Assembly (NCBI GenBank): GCA_963777605.1
Contig: CAVZRV010000027.1
Span: 416,001-480,000 of the forward strand
DNA: 64,000 bases
Reading direction: 5' to 3'
Source of the DNA: an uncultured Acidobacteriota bacterium
GTDB taxonomy: Bacteria > Acidobacteriota > UBA6911 > RPQK01 > JAPXNP01
Positions 1 through 8,565 of the stretch are shown here, piece after piece (the stretch's first letter is position 1; each line of letters opens with the position of its first letter). The notes under the pieces were generated by a model. That model ran no database searches, was not told where the DNA came from, and saw only the letters and a list, made by a program, of their open reading frames with translations. The position numbers and the translations under genes were made by a program.

Positions 1-454
1 TCTGGCAACCAGCAAGTTTGGCAGGCACCCCAAGCATCAGGACAGTAGAGGGCAGCGGTGCCGTACCCGAAGGAACGTAGAGCCCTACCGACTGAATGGC
101 CCGTGCTGCACGCCAGCACGAAACCCCTTCTTGGACCGTCACCGGCGACTCGGTCACCGCCTGGGCAGAGTGGAACTTCTTGATGTTGGATGCCGCGTGC
201 TGAAGTGCCTGAACGACCTTTTCCGGGACCGAGGCCACAGCATCCTGGAATTCCCGCGGCTGCACGTGCAGATTGGTCAAATCAGCTCCGTCGAACCGGA
301 GAGTGAAGTCCTTGACGGCACTGTCCCCGCGCGACGAGACCGCCTCAAAGACCTCCCGGCATGTCTCGAGGAGGGCGGTGTCGTGAATCGGGTTCCGCAC
401 CACCAGGCGACGAAGATCCTCTCGGCTCAATTGGGCAAAGCGATGAATCTTCAT
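1..454 (-). CDS. hisD: Histidinol dehydrogenase, 5' part (runs off window start)
   Basis: Manual translation of the minus strand from ATG at 454: MKIHRFAQ...RGDSAVKDFTLRFDG...NIKKFHSAQ...AIQSVGLYVPSGTAPLPSTVLMLGVPAKLAGC; abuts the hisG stop. Confidence 0.93.
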   Translation of the reverse strand, partial: MKIHRFAQLSREDLRRLVVRNPIHDTALLETCREVFEAVSSRGDSAVKDFTLRFDGADLTNLHVQPREFQDAVASVPEKVVQALQHAASNIKKFHSAQAVTESPVTVQEGVSCWRAARAIQSVGLYVPSGTAPLPSTVLMLGVPAKLAGCQ

Positions 455-1330
455 TTAGACCACCATCTTCTCCACGGGGACCACGAGCATATCGGTTGCC
501 CCGCAAGTTTTGAGTTTCTCGATCACGTCCCAAAAGTACTCTTCTGGAACCGCCGTGTGAACCGCGATCATGTTCGGGTCAGCCAGCGGGACGATAGTCG
601 GGCTTTTCATCCCGGGAAGAATCGACCGGATCTCTTCCAACGCGGAGCGGGGCGCGTTCATCATCACGTACTTGGTCTTGCGTGCCTTGAGGTGGCTGAG
701 CAATCGGGTCCTCAACCGACCGATCAAGTCCGCCTTGCGGGGATCGGTCAGCGAATGCCGGTTGGCAATCAGGACGGCTTCCGACTTGAGAATCACCTCG
801 ATGGGCATCAAGTCGTGAATTCGCAGCGTGCTGCCAGTAGACACCAGGTCACAGATCGCCTCGGCGACGTCCAGGGAAGGAGCGATTTCGACCGAGCCGT
901 TGATCTCGATTACCCGGGCACTGATTCCCTTCTCTTTCAGGTATCCCTGCAGGACGTTGGGATACGAGGTGGCAATTCTCTTCCCGTTCAAGTCCCAGAC
1001 GGTGCGCAACTCACTGGCCTTGGGCACCGCGATGCTGAGATCGCAACCACCAAAACCCATTGAGTCCAACGTTGCGACCTCGGCCTGCTTTTCACGGACG
1101 ACGTTCAACCCAACGATGCCCAGGTCCGTCACACAGTCCTGAACGTATTCCGGAATGTCGTCGTCACGCAGAAACAAAAGATCGAGGGGGAAGTTGCGCC
1201 CGCGGGCAAACAGGAGGCCATCGGATGACTCGAAATCGATTCCGGCGGCTCTTAGGAGTTCAAGTGACGACTGCGAAAGCCGCCCCTTCTTCTGAACCGC
1301 AATCTTGAGATTTTCTCCATTCAATTCCAT
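455..1330 (-). CDS. hisG: ATP phosphoribosyltransferase, long form
   Basis: IAVQKKGRL, LRDDDIPEYV, IATSYP, GSVEIAP, ICDLVSTGSTL motifs plus C-terminal regulatory domain (LPGMKSPTI). Confidence 0.97.
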   Translation of the reverse strand: MELNGENLKIAVQKKGRLSQSSLELLRAAGIDFESSDGLLFARGRNFPLDLLFLRDDDIPEYVQDCVTDLGIVGLNVVREKQAEVATLDSMGFGGCDLSIAVPKASELRTVWDLNGKRIATSYPNVLQGYLKEKGISARVIEINGSVEIAPSLDVAEAICDLVSTGSTLRIHDLMPIEVILKSEAVLIANRHSLTDPRKADLIGRLRTRLLSHLKARKTKYVMMNAPRSALEEIRSILPGMKSPTIVPLADPNMIAVHTAVPEEYFWDVIEKLKTCGATDMLVVPVEKMVV

Positions 1331-1429
1331 ATGAAATACCTTACGAGTTCCATGAGTTCGCTTTCTCTTTTTGAGAATACTGCCGGGAAAGGATTGACCC
1401 GGCCGTCCCGAATCATAGTCGGATCCGGC

Positions 1430-1783
1430 TTACCGACTGTCGCCGTGCTCCAAGTGAGGCTGGATTGGTGCCTCGGGACGAGATAAGGACTGTCTGTTCT
1501 GCACCCGGTCGAGCAGGAGCCGGTAACCACCTTCACCATGACGCAGCCAGTGGGCGATTCGGGTCACTGTTGTTGTGCTGGCCCCGGTCAGTTCACTAAT
1601 TCTACGATAGGAGAACCCTTTCTCAACCATCTGGGCGACCTGCCAGCGCTCCGCCATCGACTCGAGTTCGCTCAGCGTGCAAAGATCGCGGAAAAAGAGC
1701 GCGATCTCATCGGAACCATCGAGCAGCGTAATTGCGTCGAAAAGGTCCCAGAGGTTCTCGTTTTCTCGCAACGATTGTTCCAT
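1430..1783 (-). CDS. TrpR-family (YerC/YecD, HisR-like) repressor
   Basis: FFRDLCTLSELESMAERWQVAQM...SYRRISELTGASTTTVTRIAHWLRHGEGGY signature; lies directly upstream of hisG; start taken at ATG 1783. Confidence 0.9.
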   Translation of the reverse strand: MEQSLRENENLWDLFDAITLLDGSDEIALFFRDLCTLSELESMAERWQVAQMVEKGFSYRRISELTGASTTTVTRIAHWLRHGEGGYRLLLDRVQNRQSLSRPEAPIQPHLEHGDSR

Positions 1784-1803
1784 TGTGTTACAACGATAGC
1801 ACA
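1784..1803. promoter_or_regulatory. 20-bp imperfect palindrome, candidate HisR operator
   Basis: TGTGTTA-CAACGA-TAGCACA immediately before the regulator start codon. Confidence 0.6.
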
Positions 1804-2092
1804 AGCGGAATGTCACAGGCAAGTACCGGCTTCAGGTTGGGAGGAATTCACGGTGAAAGCGACCACTCTTGCTTCTGCAGGGCGCTCCAGAATACGTGCC
1901 GATTCGAAGGAACAGTTTAGCAACTAATCGGCAGCAACCCGCTCAGAGGAGAGCATCGAAACCTGGAGAGGCACCCTGAACACCGTTAGAAGCCGACACA
2001 AGAAACTCAGGAAACAAATTGAAAAAAAGAGGGAGACAGATCAGAAGCGGTAGCGAGTCACGGAAGAGGTTACTTCGAAAGACTTCGGATTG

Positions 2093-2308
2093 TCAGACTT
2101 GGCCGTCCCTGCAGAAATACTGGGGATAGAGTCGCTGAGCACACTCAGGACAGATCCCGTGCGAAAATTCCGCCCGAGCCCGCTCAAGAACTTCCATCTC
2201 CCACTGCCGCCAATGCCCGTCGTCGTCTCGGATCTTCTTGCAGGAGGCACAAATCCGCAGGAACCCGCCAAACTTGCGAAGCTCATCGACTACTTGCTGT
2301 AGTTGCAT
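2093..2308 (-). CDS. Small CxxC...HGICPEC zinc-binding protein (C-terminal module of sensor/response-regulator proteins); possibly a remnant
   Basis: ICASCKKIRDDDGHW...FSHGICPEC; an in-frame TAG lies a few codons upstream of the ATG. Confidence 0.65.
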   Translation of the reverse strand: MQLQQVVDELRKFGGFLRICASCKKIRDDDGHWRQWEMEVLERARAEFSHGICPECAQRLYPQYFCRDGQV

Positions 2309-2501
2309 TGATGACCGCCGATTCTTTTGTTCAGCCCGCTTCTAAGCCAAAATCTCGGTGACAGCGCGCATTATGGAGTCTGCCTCTGACATTGTCCGCC
2401 CTCCCCAGGACGCAAGTTCCGAGCAGGGCAGCACCTGCCTTGAGCGACAGTTTGGCCGCGAAGGTGGTTAACATTTCTTGTTGTAGGAGTACATTTCCGG
2501 C

Positions 2502-2528
2502 TAAGGAATACCAGAAAGATGCCGATAA
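2502..2528 (+). promoter_or_regulatory. Sigma-28 (FliA) promoter of HDOD gene
   Basis: TAAG-N15-GCCGATAA. Confidence 0.8.
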
Positions 2529-2552
2529 CTGAGATCAGAGATGTGACAGATT

Positions 2553-3395
2553 ATGGCTCTACCTGATGGACTGATAAACAAAATCGAGCATCTGGCGCCG
2601 ATGCCGATTACTGCTCAGCGGTTGCTCGGCGTGATCAATGACGAAGATGTCTCCCTGGCAGAGGTTGCCCGGATCGTCGAGTTCGACGAAGCTCTCGTGT
2701 CCAACACGCTTCGAGCCGCCAATTCAGCCTTCTTCTATCGCGGGAAGCCTGTCCGCGATGCCCGCTCGGCGGTGGTGCGTCTTGGAACCACCAATCTTTT
2801 CAACCTGATCCTGGGCCAATACCTCCGCGAACTCACAATTCCAGCCCCCCTGTACGATCTCTCCGAGGACGACCTATGGTTTCACTCGACGGTAGCGTCG
2901 CTGGCCGCCGACGAAATCATCCGAGGCTCCTCGGTCGAAATCCCGCAGATTGCCAAGGTCGCCGCCCTCGTTCACGATGTCGGCAAGTTGATCATGGTTC
3001 GTTTCTTCAAGGCGGAATTCAATGCCGTCCTGGAACTCAGCGGCAGGAAGGACATGTCGTTCGTCGAGGCCGAACGGGAACTGTTCGGCTGCGACCATGC
3101 AGAGGTAGGCGGCGCAGTAGCACGGGAGTGGGCATTCCCCGATCACGTCCGCGATGCCATCGAACGCCACCACGAGGCTAAACTGGAAGAGTCGCATTCG
3201 GTCCTCGACACCGTGATCGTCTCCAATCTGGTGGCAAAGACACTCGCCGCCGGCCTGGGGGCTGAGGGGTTGGATTTCTCGGTCGACGACGGAGTACGGC
3301 AGCGGCTTGGCTTGAATTTCGCCAAGTTCTGTCAGATCTGCGGTCGCGTCGAAGATCAGATGTCCAGGGTTCGCCAGATCTTCGGGATCAGCTGA
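2553..3395 (+). CDS. HDOD domain protein
   Basis: LRAANSAFF, AVVRLG, LWFHS, ALVHDVGKL, AERELFGCDHAEVG...W.FP...AIERHH. Confidence 0.92.
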   Translation: MALPDGLINKIEHLAPMPITAQRLLGVINDEDVSLAEVARIVEFDEALVSNTLRAANSAFFYRGKPVRDARSAVVRLGTTNLFNLILGQYLRELTIPAPLYDLSEDDLWFHSTVASLAADEIIRGSSVEIPQIAKVAALVHDVGKLIMVRFFKAEFNAVLELSGRKDMSFVEAERELFGCDHAEVGGAVAREWAFPDHVRDAIERHHEAKLEESHSVLDTVIVSNLVAKTLAAGLGAEGLDFSVDDGVRQRLGLNFAKFCQICGRVEDQMSRVRQIFGIS

Positions 3396-3496
3396 TCGGG
3401 CGGGTAATCTAACCTCTGCACGACCGTTCGCCGGCAAAGCGTTCACTCACTCAGATTGAGGTCCGTCCGAGCTCAATTTCTCCGTCCAGTTGATCC

Positions 3497-3523
3497 TAAA
3501 GTTTCACCTCTCCCTGCCGAGAT
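3497..3523 (+). promoter_or_regulatory. Sigma-28 promoter of motAB operon
   Basis: TAAA-N15-GCCGAGAT. Confidence 0.75.
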
Positions 3524-3693
3524 AATGGAGTGAGAGTTTGTGTCGATATTAGTCGGGTCAGATCCCGTTTGTCACCGGATCAGCGTCGGGAGGCGACGCC
3601 TCCACGAGACCGGAGGCCATCAGCGACGGGATCTTCGACGGATGTAGATGCGGAGTTCCGACCGGGTATCCCGATTCCGCAGTTGAAGCAGGT

Positions 3694-4479
3694 ATGGATC
3701 TAGCGACAGTCATTGGAATCCTGGCTGGACTGGGCATCATCCTCTTCACGGTCCTCACCGGCGAAGAACCCCTGGTCTTCATCGACATTAAGAGCATCGT
3801 GATCGTCTTTGGAGGTACCTTCGCGACCATCCTGATCCGGTTTCCGATGCAGCGGGTCATGAAGACCATCGACGTCGTCAAACACGCCTTTACCTTCAAG
3901 CTGCGCCGCCCCTATGAAGTAATCGACGAGATGATCGACCTCGCCCGCAAGTCCCGCAAAGATGGCCTGCTTTCGCTGGAAGACTACCAGACGGATGACA
4001 CCTTTCTCACCCGCGGCCTGACCCTGGTCGTCGACGGGGCCGAGGCCGAATCCGTGCAGGGCGTTCTGTCAACGGAGATCCGTTACTTCAAGCAACGCCA
4101 CAAGGATGGTCAGGATATACTCAAGGCGATGGGAGACGCCGGCCCGGCCTTCGGGATGATCGGAACACTGATTGGCCTGGTGCTGATGCTGTCCAACATG
4201 CAGGACGTCAGCCAGCTGGGCCCATCGATGGCGGTCGCTATTCTGACAACCCTTTATGGGGCGGTTATTGCGAACCTGATCGCGCTGCCCCTGGCCAAGA
4301 AACTGGAGATACGGAGCAAAGAAGAAACCCTGATCAAGGAACTGATGCTGGTTGGCCTGGTTAACATTGCCCGAGGGGAGAACCCGCGGATGATCGAGAC
4401 TGTTCTCAAGGCATTCCTTTCAGAACGAGACATCCCGGCTGAGCCGGAGGCCAAGCCCAGAGAGGTAAAGGCAGCATGA
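3694..4479 (+). CDS. motA: Flagellar stator protein MotA/PomA
   Basis: MDLATVIGI, IVFGGT, RKDGLLSLE, PAFGMIGTLIGLVLML, TTLYGAVIANL, GENPR. Confidence 0.96.
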   Translation: MDLATVIGILAGLGIILFTVLTGEEPLVFIDIKSIVIVFGGTFATILIRFPMQRVMKTIDVVKHAFTFKLRRPYEVIDEMIDLARKSRKDGLLSLEDYQTDDTFLTRGLTLVVDGAEAESVQGVLSTEIRYFKQRHKDGQDILKAMGDAGPAFGMIGTLIGLVLMLSNMQDVSQLGPSMAVAILTTLYGAVIANLIALPLAKKLEIRSKEETLIKELMLVGLVNIARGENPRMIETVLKAFLSERDIPAEPEAKPREVKAA

Positions 4480-5237
4480 GCATCGATTTCGAGCCGGATG
4501 ACGAAGAACAAGAAGCTGGTGCTCCGGCATGGATGGTCCAGTTTGGAGACATGATGAGCCTCCTGCTCGTCTTCTTCATCCTTCTGCTCTCATTCTCCGA
4601 GATCGACGCCGTTAAGTACCGGGCGCTGAGTGACTCCTTCCGAGAGGCATTCGGGCGGGCCGTCAAGGTGAAGGACGTGTTTGACGACCCCTCCGCGCCG
4701 CAGGCGATCATGTCCGAAACAGGGGGGCGAAATGACGCGATCCTGAACGAGTTGCGGTCCATCATCCCCCAGGCGTTTCCAGGTGCGCTGCCGAACAAGT
4801 ACAAGGGCCAGGGCTACCTGGTTCGCATTCCGGGTCGGCTCCTCTTCGAAACCGGCAAGGATGAACTCAGACCGGAAATGAAGCCGAAGCTTCGGGAGAT
4901 GGCTGAACTGGTCAAAAAACAACCCGACATCATGCTGCGAGTGGACGGTCACACCGACAACGTCCCGATCAGTACATTTCGATTCCATTCCAACTGGGAA
5001 CTGTCGGCAGCCAGGGGACTGGCGGTCGTGCATTTCATGATTGATGAATGTGGCCTTCCGGAAGAAAGGGTCTCGGCGGCCGCATTTGGAGAAAGTCGCC
5101 CGATCGTTCCCAATGACAGTCCGGATAATCGCGAACTGAACCGCCGTGTCGAATTTCGATTTGTGCAGGGCGCAGAGGAAGCCAACTATGAGATCAGCTA
5201 TCCAACCGACACCGAAGGACATGAATCCGGTTCGTGA
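4476..5237 (+). CDS. motB: Flagellar stator protein MotB/PomB
   Basis: WMVQFGDMMSLLLVFFILL plug/TM with conserved Asp; OmpA-like domain GHTDNVPI...SNWELSAAR...NRRVE. Confidence 0.96.
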   Translation: MSIDFEPDDEEQEAGAPAWMVQFGDMMSLLLVFFILLLSFSEIDAVKYRALSDSFREAFGRAVKVKDVFDDPSAPQAIMSETGGRNDAILNELRSIIPQAFPGALPNKYKGQGYLVRIPGRLLFETGKDELRPEMKPKLREMAELVKKQPDIMLRVDGHTDNVPISTFRFHSNWELSAARGLAVVHFMIDECGLPEERVSAAAFGESRPIVPNDSPDNRELNRRVEFRFVQGAEEANYEISYPTDTEGHESGS

Positions 5238-6357
5238 CCTTTCCGCATGGGATGAACTTCTGGGACAGGGAGACGCGTCTCAGTTCCTGGCCGGGGGAAA
5301 CGGGCGGATTCTGGTTGTCGATGATGAAGTCACGATTCGAGAGCTCCTCTCCCAGTTCCTCGCCTCGCAGGGGTTTGAGTGCCACTCCGCCGATTCGGGA
5401 AGTTCTGCAATCAAGCGCCTGCAGGGTGCCGATTTCGACCTGGTCGTGTCCGATATCAGAATGCCCACGATAACCGGGCTGCAACTGCTCGCTCACATCC
5501 ACCAGCGCCATCCGGCCTTGCCGGTCATCATGATCACCGCGGTCGCCGATCTCGAGACTGCCGTCGATGCCATGAAGCAGGGAGCCGCCGACTACATCAC
5601 CAAGCCTTTCGACCTCAAGAAGGTCGTATCCAGCGTTCAAAGCGCCCTCCAGGTCCGGGTAAAACGTCTTCAAGACACCCTGCTGCGCGACCGACTGCAG
5701 GAAGTCGCCGAAACCAAGTCGTACGCGTTGGATTCCGCGCTGCAGTCTCTCAATTCCGAACGCGACATGACCCTCGAAGCACTGGTCCGGGCTCTCGACA
5801 CCCGGGAAAGTGAGACCAGGTGCCATTCCGCCCGCGTCCAAAGCTACGGCATCCGAATGGCGCGGGAATTCGACAAGAAGGGCCAAGAACTCGAGGAGAT
5901 TGCCCGGGGTGCGTTGCTCCACGACATCGGGAAGATCGGGATCTCCGACTCCATCCTCCTCAAGCCCGGAAAACTGACTCCGGAAGAGTGGGTCGAGATG
6001 AGAAAGCACCCCGTGCTGGGGCACGAGATCCTGAAGGGAATCGACTTCCTCGATGGCGCCGCCGAACTGGTACTCCGTCACCACGAGCGCTGGGACGGCT
6101 CCGGCTATCCGAGCGGAAAGAGAGAAGAAGAGATCCCCTTCGGAGCACGCCTGTTCGCGGTCATCGACACCTACGATGCCATCACATCGGACCGCCCCTA
6201 TCGAAAAGCCCTCAGTCACGACTTCGCCCGCGAGGAGATCCTCCGGCTCCGGTCGACGCTCTACGACCCGGAAATGGTGGACGCATTCCTGGCGATCCCG
6301 CACGAAGAACTCCAGCAGATCGCCAAGTGCTGCGAAGCATTGAGCGAACCGCTCTAG
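5221..6357 (+). CDS. Response regulator with HD-GYP c-di-GMP phosphodiesterase domain (RpfG-like)
   Basis: REC (ILVVDDE, SDIRMP, DYITKPF) plus HDIGKIGI...HHERWDGSGYP; overlaps the motB stop. Confidence 0.93.
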   Translation: MNPVRDLSAWDELLGQGDASQFLAGGNGRILVVDDEVTIRELLSQFLASQGFECHSADSGSSAIKRLQGADFDLVVSDIRMPTITGLQLLAHIHQRHPALPVIMITAVADLETAVDAMKQGAADYITKPFDLKKVVSSVQSALQVRVKRLQDTLLRDRLQEVAETKSYALDSALQSLNSERDMTLEALVRALDTRESETRCHSARVQSYGIRMAREFDKKGQELEEIARGALLHDIGKIGISDSILLKPGKLTPEEWVEMRKHPVLGHEILKGIDFLDGAAELVLRHHERWDGSGYPSGKREEEIPFGARLFAVIDTYDAITSDRPYRKALSHDFAREEILRLRSTLYDPEMVDAFLAIPHEELQQIAKCCEALSEPL

Positions 6358-6383
6358 GCGCGCTGCGCGCTGTTCGGTTCCGA

Positions 6384-6529
6384 GGTTCCGGGTTCCGGGT
6401 TCCGGGGCCAGGGTCTGGTTGGATGCGTCCTGGGTTCAGTTGATGATTGGGAAGTTCTTAAAGGCTCCGCGTTAGCTTTTCCAGCAAACCATTGATAAAA
6501 CGAAGCTTAAACGTGGAGTGCTGGAAGCG
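6384..6529 (+). repeat. Direct repeat copy 1 (~145 bp) beginning with GGTTCCG heptamer tandem
   Basis: Near-identical to 6847-7000. Confidence 0.9.
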
Positions 6530-6802
6530 ACAGCTTCCGCTTTTGTCCAACGCGGAACGGCTCGCCCGTTCTCAGGAAGCGAAAGCTTCCGTTGGCTCTC
6601 ACCTCGGGCGCGGTTGAGCGATCGGTTGGCCCACCTGAAGGAGCCTTCCTTGCCCGCAAACCGGCTCTTCAATTTGCCGAGTTCGAGGCATGGCTCCGCG
6701 GCGGATTCAGTGACGGCGTCTCCGTCGTTCAGCACGGCGGAAGCTTTCGCTTCCGTTCGACCTGCCGGGTTTCAAAGCGGAACCTCTCGGTTCCGCACTC
6801 CA
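6514..6802. mobile_element. REP/REPIN- or MITE-like nested palindromic element
   Basis: Outer inverted ends TGGAGTGC...GCTTT / AAAGC...GCACTCCA, each containing a hairpin; inner inverted pair GGAAGCGAAAGCTTCCG (6575-6591) / CGGAAGCTTTCGCTTCC (6738-6754). Confidence 0.65.
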
Positions 6803-6846
6803 AATGAATTCCCAAAACGTGCGCGCAACCGAACCGGACGGCGGTG

Positions 6847-7000
6847 GGTTCCGGGTTCCGGGTTCCGGGTTCCGGGGGCCAGGGTCTGGTTGGATGCGTC
6901 CTGGGTTCAGTTGATGATTGGGAAGTTCTTAAAGGCTCCGCGTTAGCTTTTCCAGCAAACCATTGATAAAACGAAGCTTAAATGTGGAGTGCTGGAAGCG
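6847..7000 (+). repeat. Direct repeat copy 2
   Basis: Near-identical to 6384-6529, with one more heptamer; ends in a truncated REP-like end. Confidence 0.9.
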
Positions 7001-7161
7001 CGACTCAACCGTTCTCCGCGCAACTTCAGCGCCATTGCGCCGCAGCGGCTGAAAGAAGCAGAGACTGTGGACCACGAAGCTGGAACCCAGAATCGGACAA
7101 ATTCACCCCGTTCCCCTCGGGACCAGATGGACCTCACCAGGATTCCCGTTAAAAATCCTCC

Positions 7162-7188
7162 TAACGTTGCCCGAGGTTCCGCCGATAT
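7162..7188 (+). promoter_or_regulatory. Sigma-28 promoter of flagellin
   Basis: TAAC-N15-GCCGATAT about 100 bp upstream of fliC. Confidence 0.8.
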
Positions 7189-7237
7189 TTAACGGTGAAC
7201 ATTATGAGGGTCGCTGAAACCCAAGATTCAGCAACAG

Positions 7238-7278
7238 AGGCATGGATGCCTGATACAACCAATTCGAATCATGGAGGA
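7238..7278 (+). promoter_or_regulatory. Two CsrA-binding sites in flagellin leader
   Basis: AGGCAT-GG-ATGCCT hairpin carrying ATGGA, and a second ATGGA overlapping the GGAGG RBS; csrA and fliW are in the window. Confidence 0.8.
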
Positions 7279-7286
7279 AGAAGACA

Positions 7287-8138
7287 ATGGGAGGATTTAG
7301 CGTACTCAACAATCTGGCCAGTCTGACGGCTCAACAGCAGTCGAGCATCACGCAGATGAACCTGCAGAAGACTCTGTTCCGGCTCTCGAGCGGAAAACGC
7401 ATCGTGAGCGGAGGAGACGATGCGGCAGGTTTGGCCATCGCCGACGGTTTGCAGGCCCAGATTCGTTCGCTGACCCAGTCGGTCCGGAACGCCAACGACG
7501 GGATCGGATTCATGCAGACGGCAGACAGCTCCCTGGGGCAGGTCACCAACCTGCTCAACCGTGCTGCCACCCTGTTAACGCAAGCCGCGACGGACACCAA
7601 CAGCGGATCGGTCAGCAAGATCGAAGCCGAGTTGGCCCAGATCTTCCAGGAAATCGACCGCGTGGGCACAGCGACGCAGTTCAACGGGACCGCCGTCTTT
7701 GACGCAAGTTCCAAGAACGTGTTCATCGGGGACACCACCAATTCGCTGTCGTCTGCCGCATCGGTGTCTTTTACTGTCGGCACCCTCAGCACGGGCGGCC
7801 TCGGCTTGTCGACCGGCGTCACCAACAGCGGCTCCAGCATCTCCGTGTCGATCGGCTCCAGCGCGAAAACCATGCTCGGAGAGGTCAACACCGCGATCAC
7901 CAACGTTGCCACTAATCGCGGTACGCTGGGCGCGAAGATGAACCGGCTGGAAAGTTCGACCAGCATCATGCAGTCGCAGATTCAGAACCTGACGGCCGCC
8001 GAGTCTCAGATCCGCGATGCCGACATGGCCGCGGAAGTCGCCAACATGACCAAGTTCCAGATCCTCTCGCAAGTCGGTCTGGCCACCATGGCCCAGGCGA
8101 ACTCGACCACCCAGGGAGTCCTCTCTCTCCTTCGGTAA
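7287..8138 (+). CDS. fliC: Flagellin (short, Ser/Thr-rich variable region)
   Basis: RLSSGKRI...DDAAGLAIA...RNANDGI; RGTLGAKMNRLE...AESQIRDADMAAEVANMTKFQIL...VLSLLR. Confidence 0.97.
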   Translation: MGGFSVLNNLASLTAQQQSSITQMNLQKTLFRLSSGKRIVSGGDDAAGLAIADGLQAQIRSLTQSVRNANDGIGFMQTADSSLGQVTNLLNRAATLLTQAATDTNSGSVSKIEAELAQIFQEIDRVGTATQFNGTAVFDASSKNVFIGDTTNSLSSAASVSFTVGTLSTGGLGLSTGVTNSGSSISVSIGSSAKTMLGEVNTAITNVATNRGTLGAKMNRLESSTSIMQSQIQNLTAAESQIRDADMAAEVANMTKFQILSQVGLATMAQANSTTQGVLSLLR

Positions 8139-8170
8139 TGGTCGGATCAGAGTCTGGTTACTGACAACAA

Positions 8171-8196
8171 GAGAGCCACCCTTCGGGGTGGCTCTC
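8171..8196 (+). terminator. GC-rich hairpin after fliC (cUUCGg loop, no clear U-tract)
   Basis: GAGAGCCACCC-TTCG-GGGTGGCTCTC. Confidence 0.7.
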
Positions 8197-8215
8197 AACT
8201 ATGGAGAAAGACGCC

Positions 8216-8555
8216 ATGGCTGATCAGACAGTCATCATGAGTCGTCGAGCGGACCGGTGGAACTGGGTTCTCAGACCTTCGACCCTACTCCGGCCCTGCG
8301 CCCTCAAGGGGTGAAGGTACTTCTCGATCGTCGACTCGGAGCGAAGAAACGACTGCGCTCAATCAGAATGACACCCCCGAGAGGGCTGAGAACGCCGTCA
8401 GATTGGTCCGCGACGAAGAGTCCGGCAAGTCGTTCGTCGAAATCCTGGACAAGAAGACCGGGGAAGTCATGTACCAGATCCCGCCTGAAGAAGTCCAGCA
8501 ACTCGCCGAACTGTTGAAGGATATGACCGGTTCAGTAGTTAACACTGTGGCATGA
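8216..8555 (+). CDS. flaG: FlaG family protein (frameshifted in this sequence)
   Basis: 3' frame reads VRLVRDEESGKSFVEILDKKTGEVMYQIPPEEVQQLAELL; ATG 8216 with GGAG RBS is out of frame; located between fliC and fliD. Confidence 0.8.
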
Positions 8556-8565
8556 GGAGGCTCTC

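Noticed and set aside
131-1063. Long antisense ORFs (e.g. 131-1063, 5194-6303, 13031-14011, 36149-37321, 40544-41563, 49731-50612)
   Set aside because: Shadows of well-supported genes on the opposite strand in GC-rich DNA; no recognisable motifs.
1331-1429. His attenuator leader before hisG
   Set aside because: No His-codon run or terminator/antiterminator pair visible.
2046-2057. ops/JUMPStart-like AGCGGTAGCGAG
   Set aside because: Imperfect match and not positioned upstream of the polysaccharide genes.
6472-7192. Small ORFs across the repeat region upstream of fliC
   Set aside because: They are translations of palindromic and heptamer repeats (e.g. GSGFRVPG); no RBS or protein-like composition.
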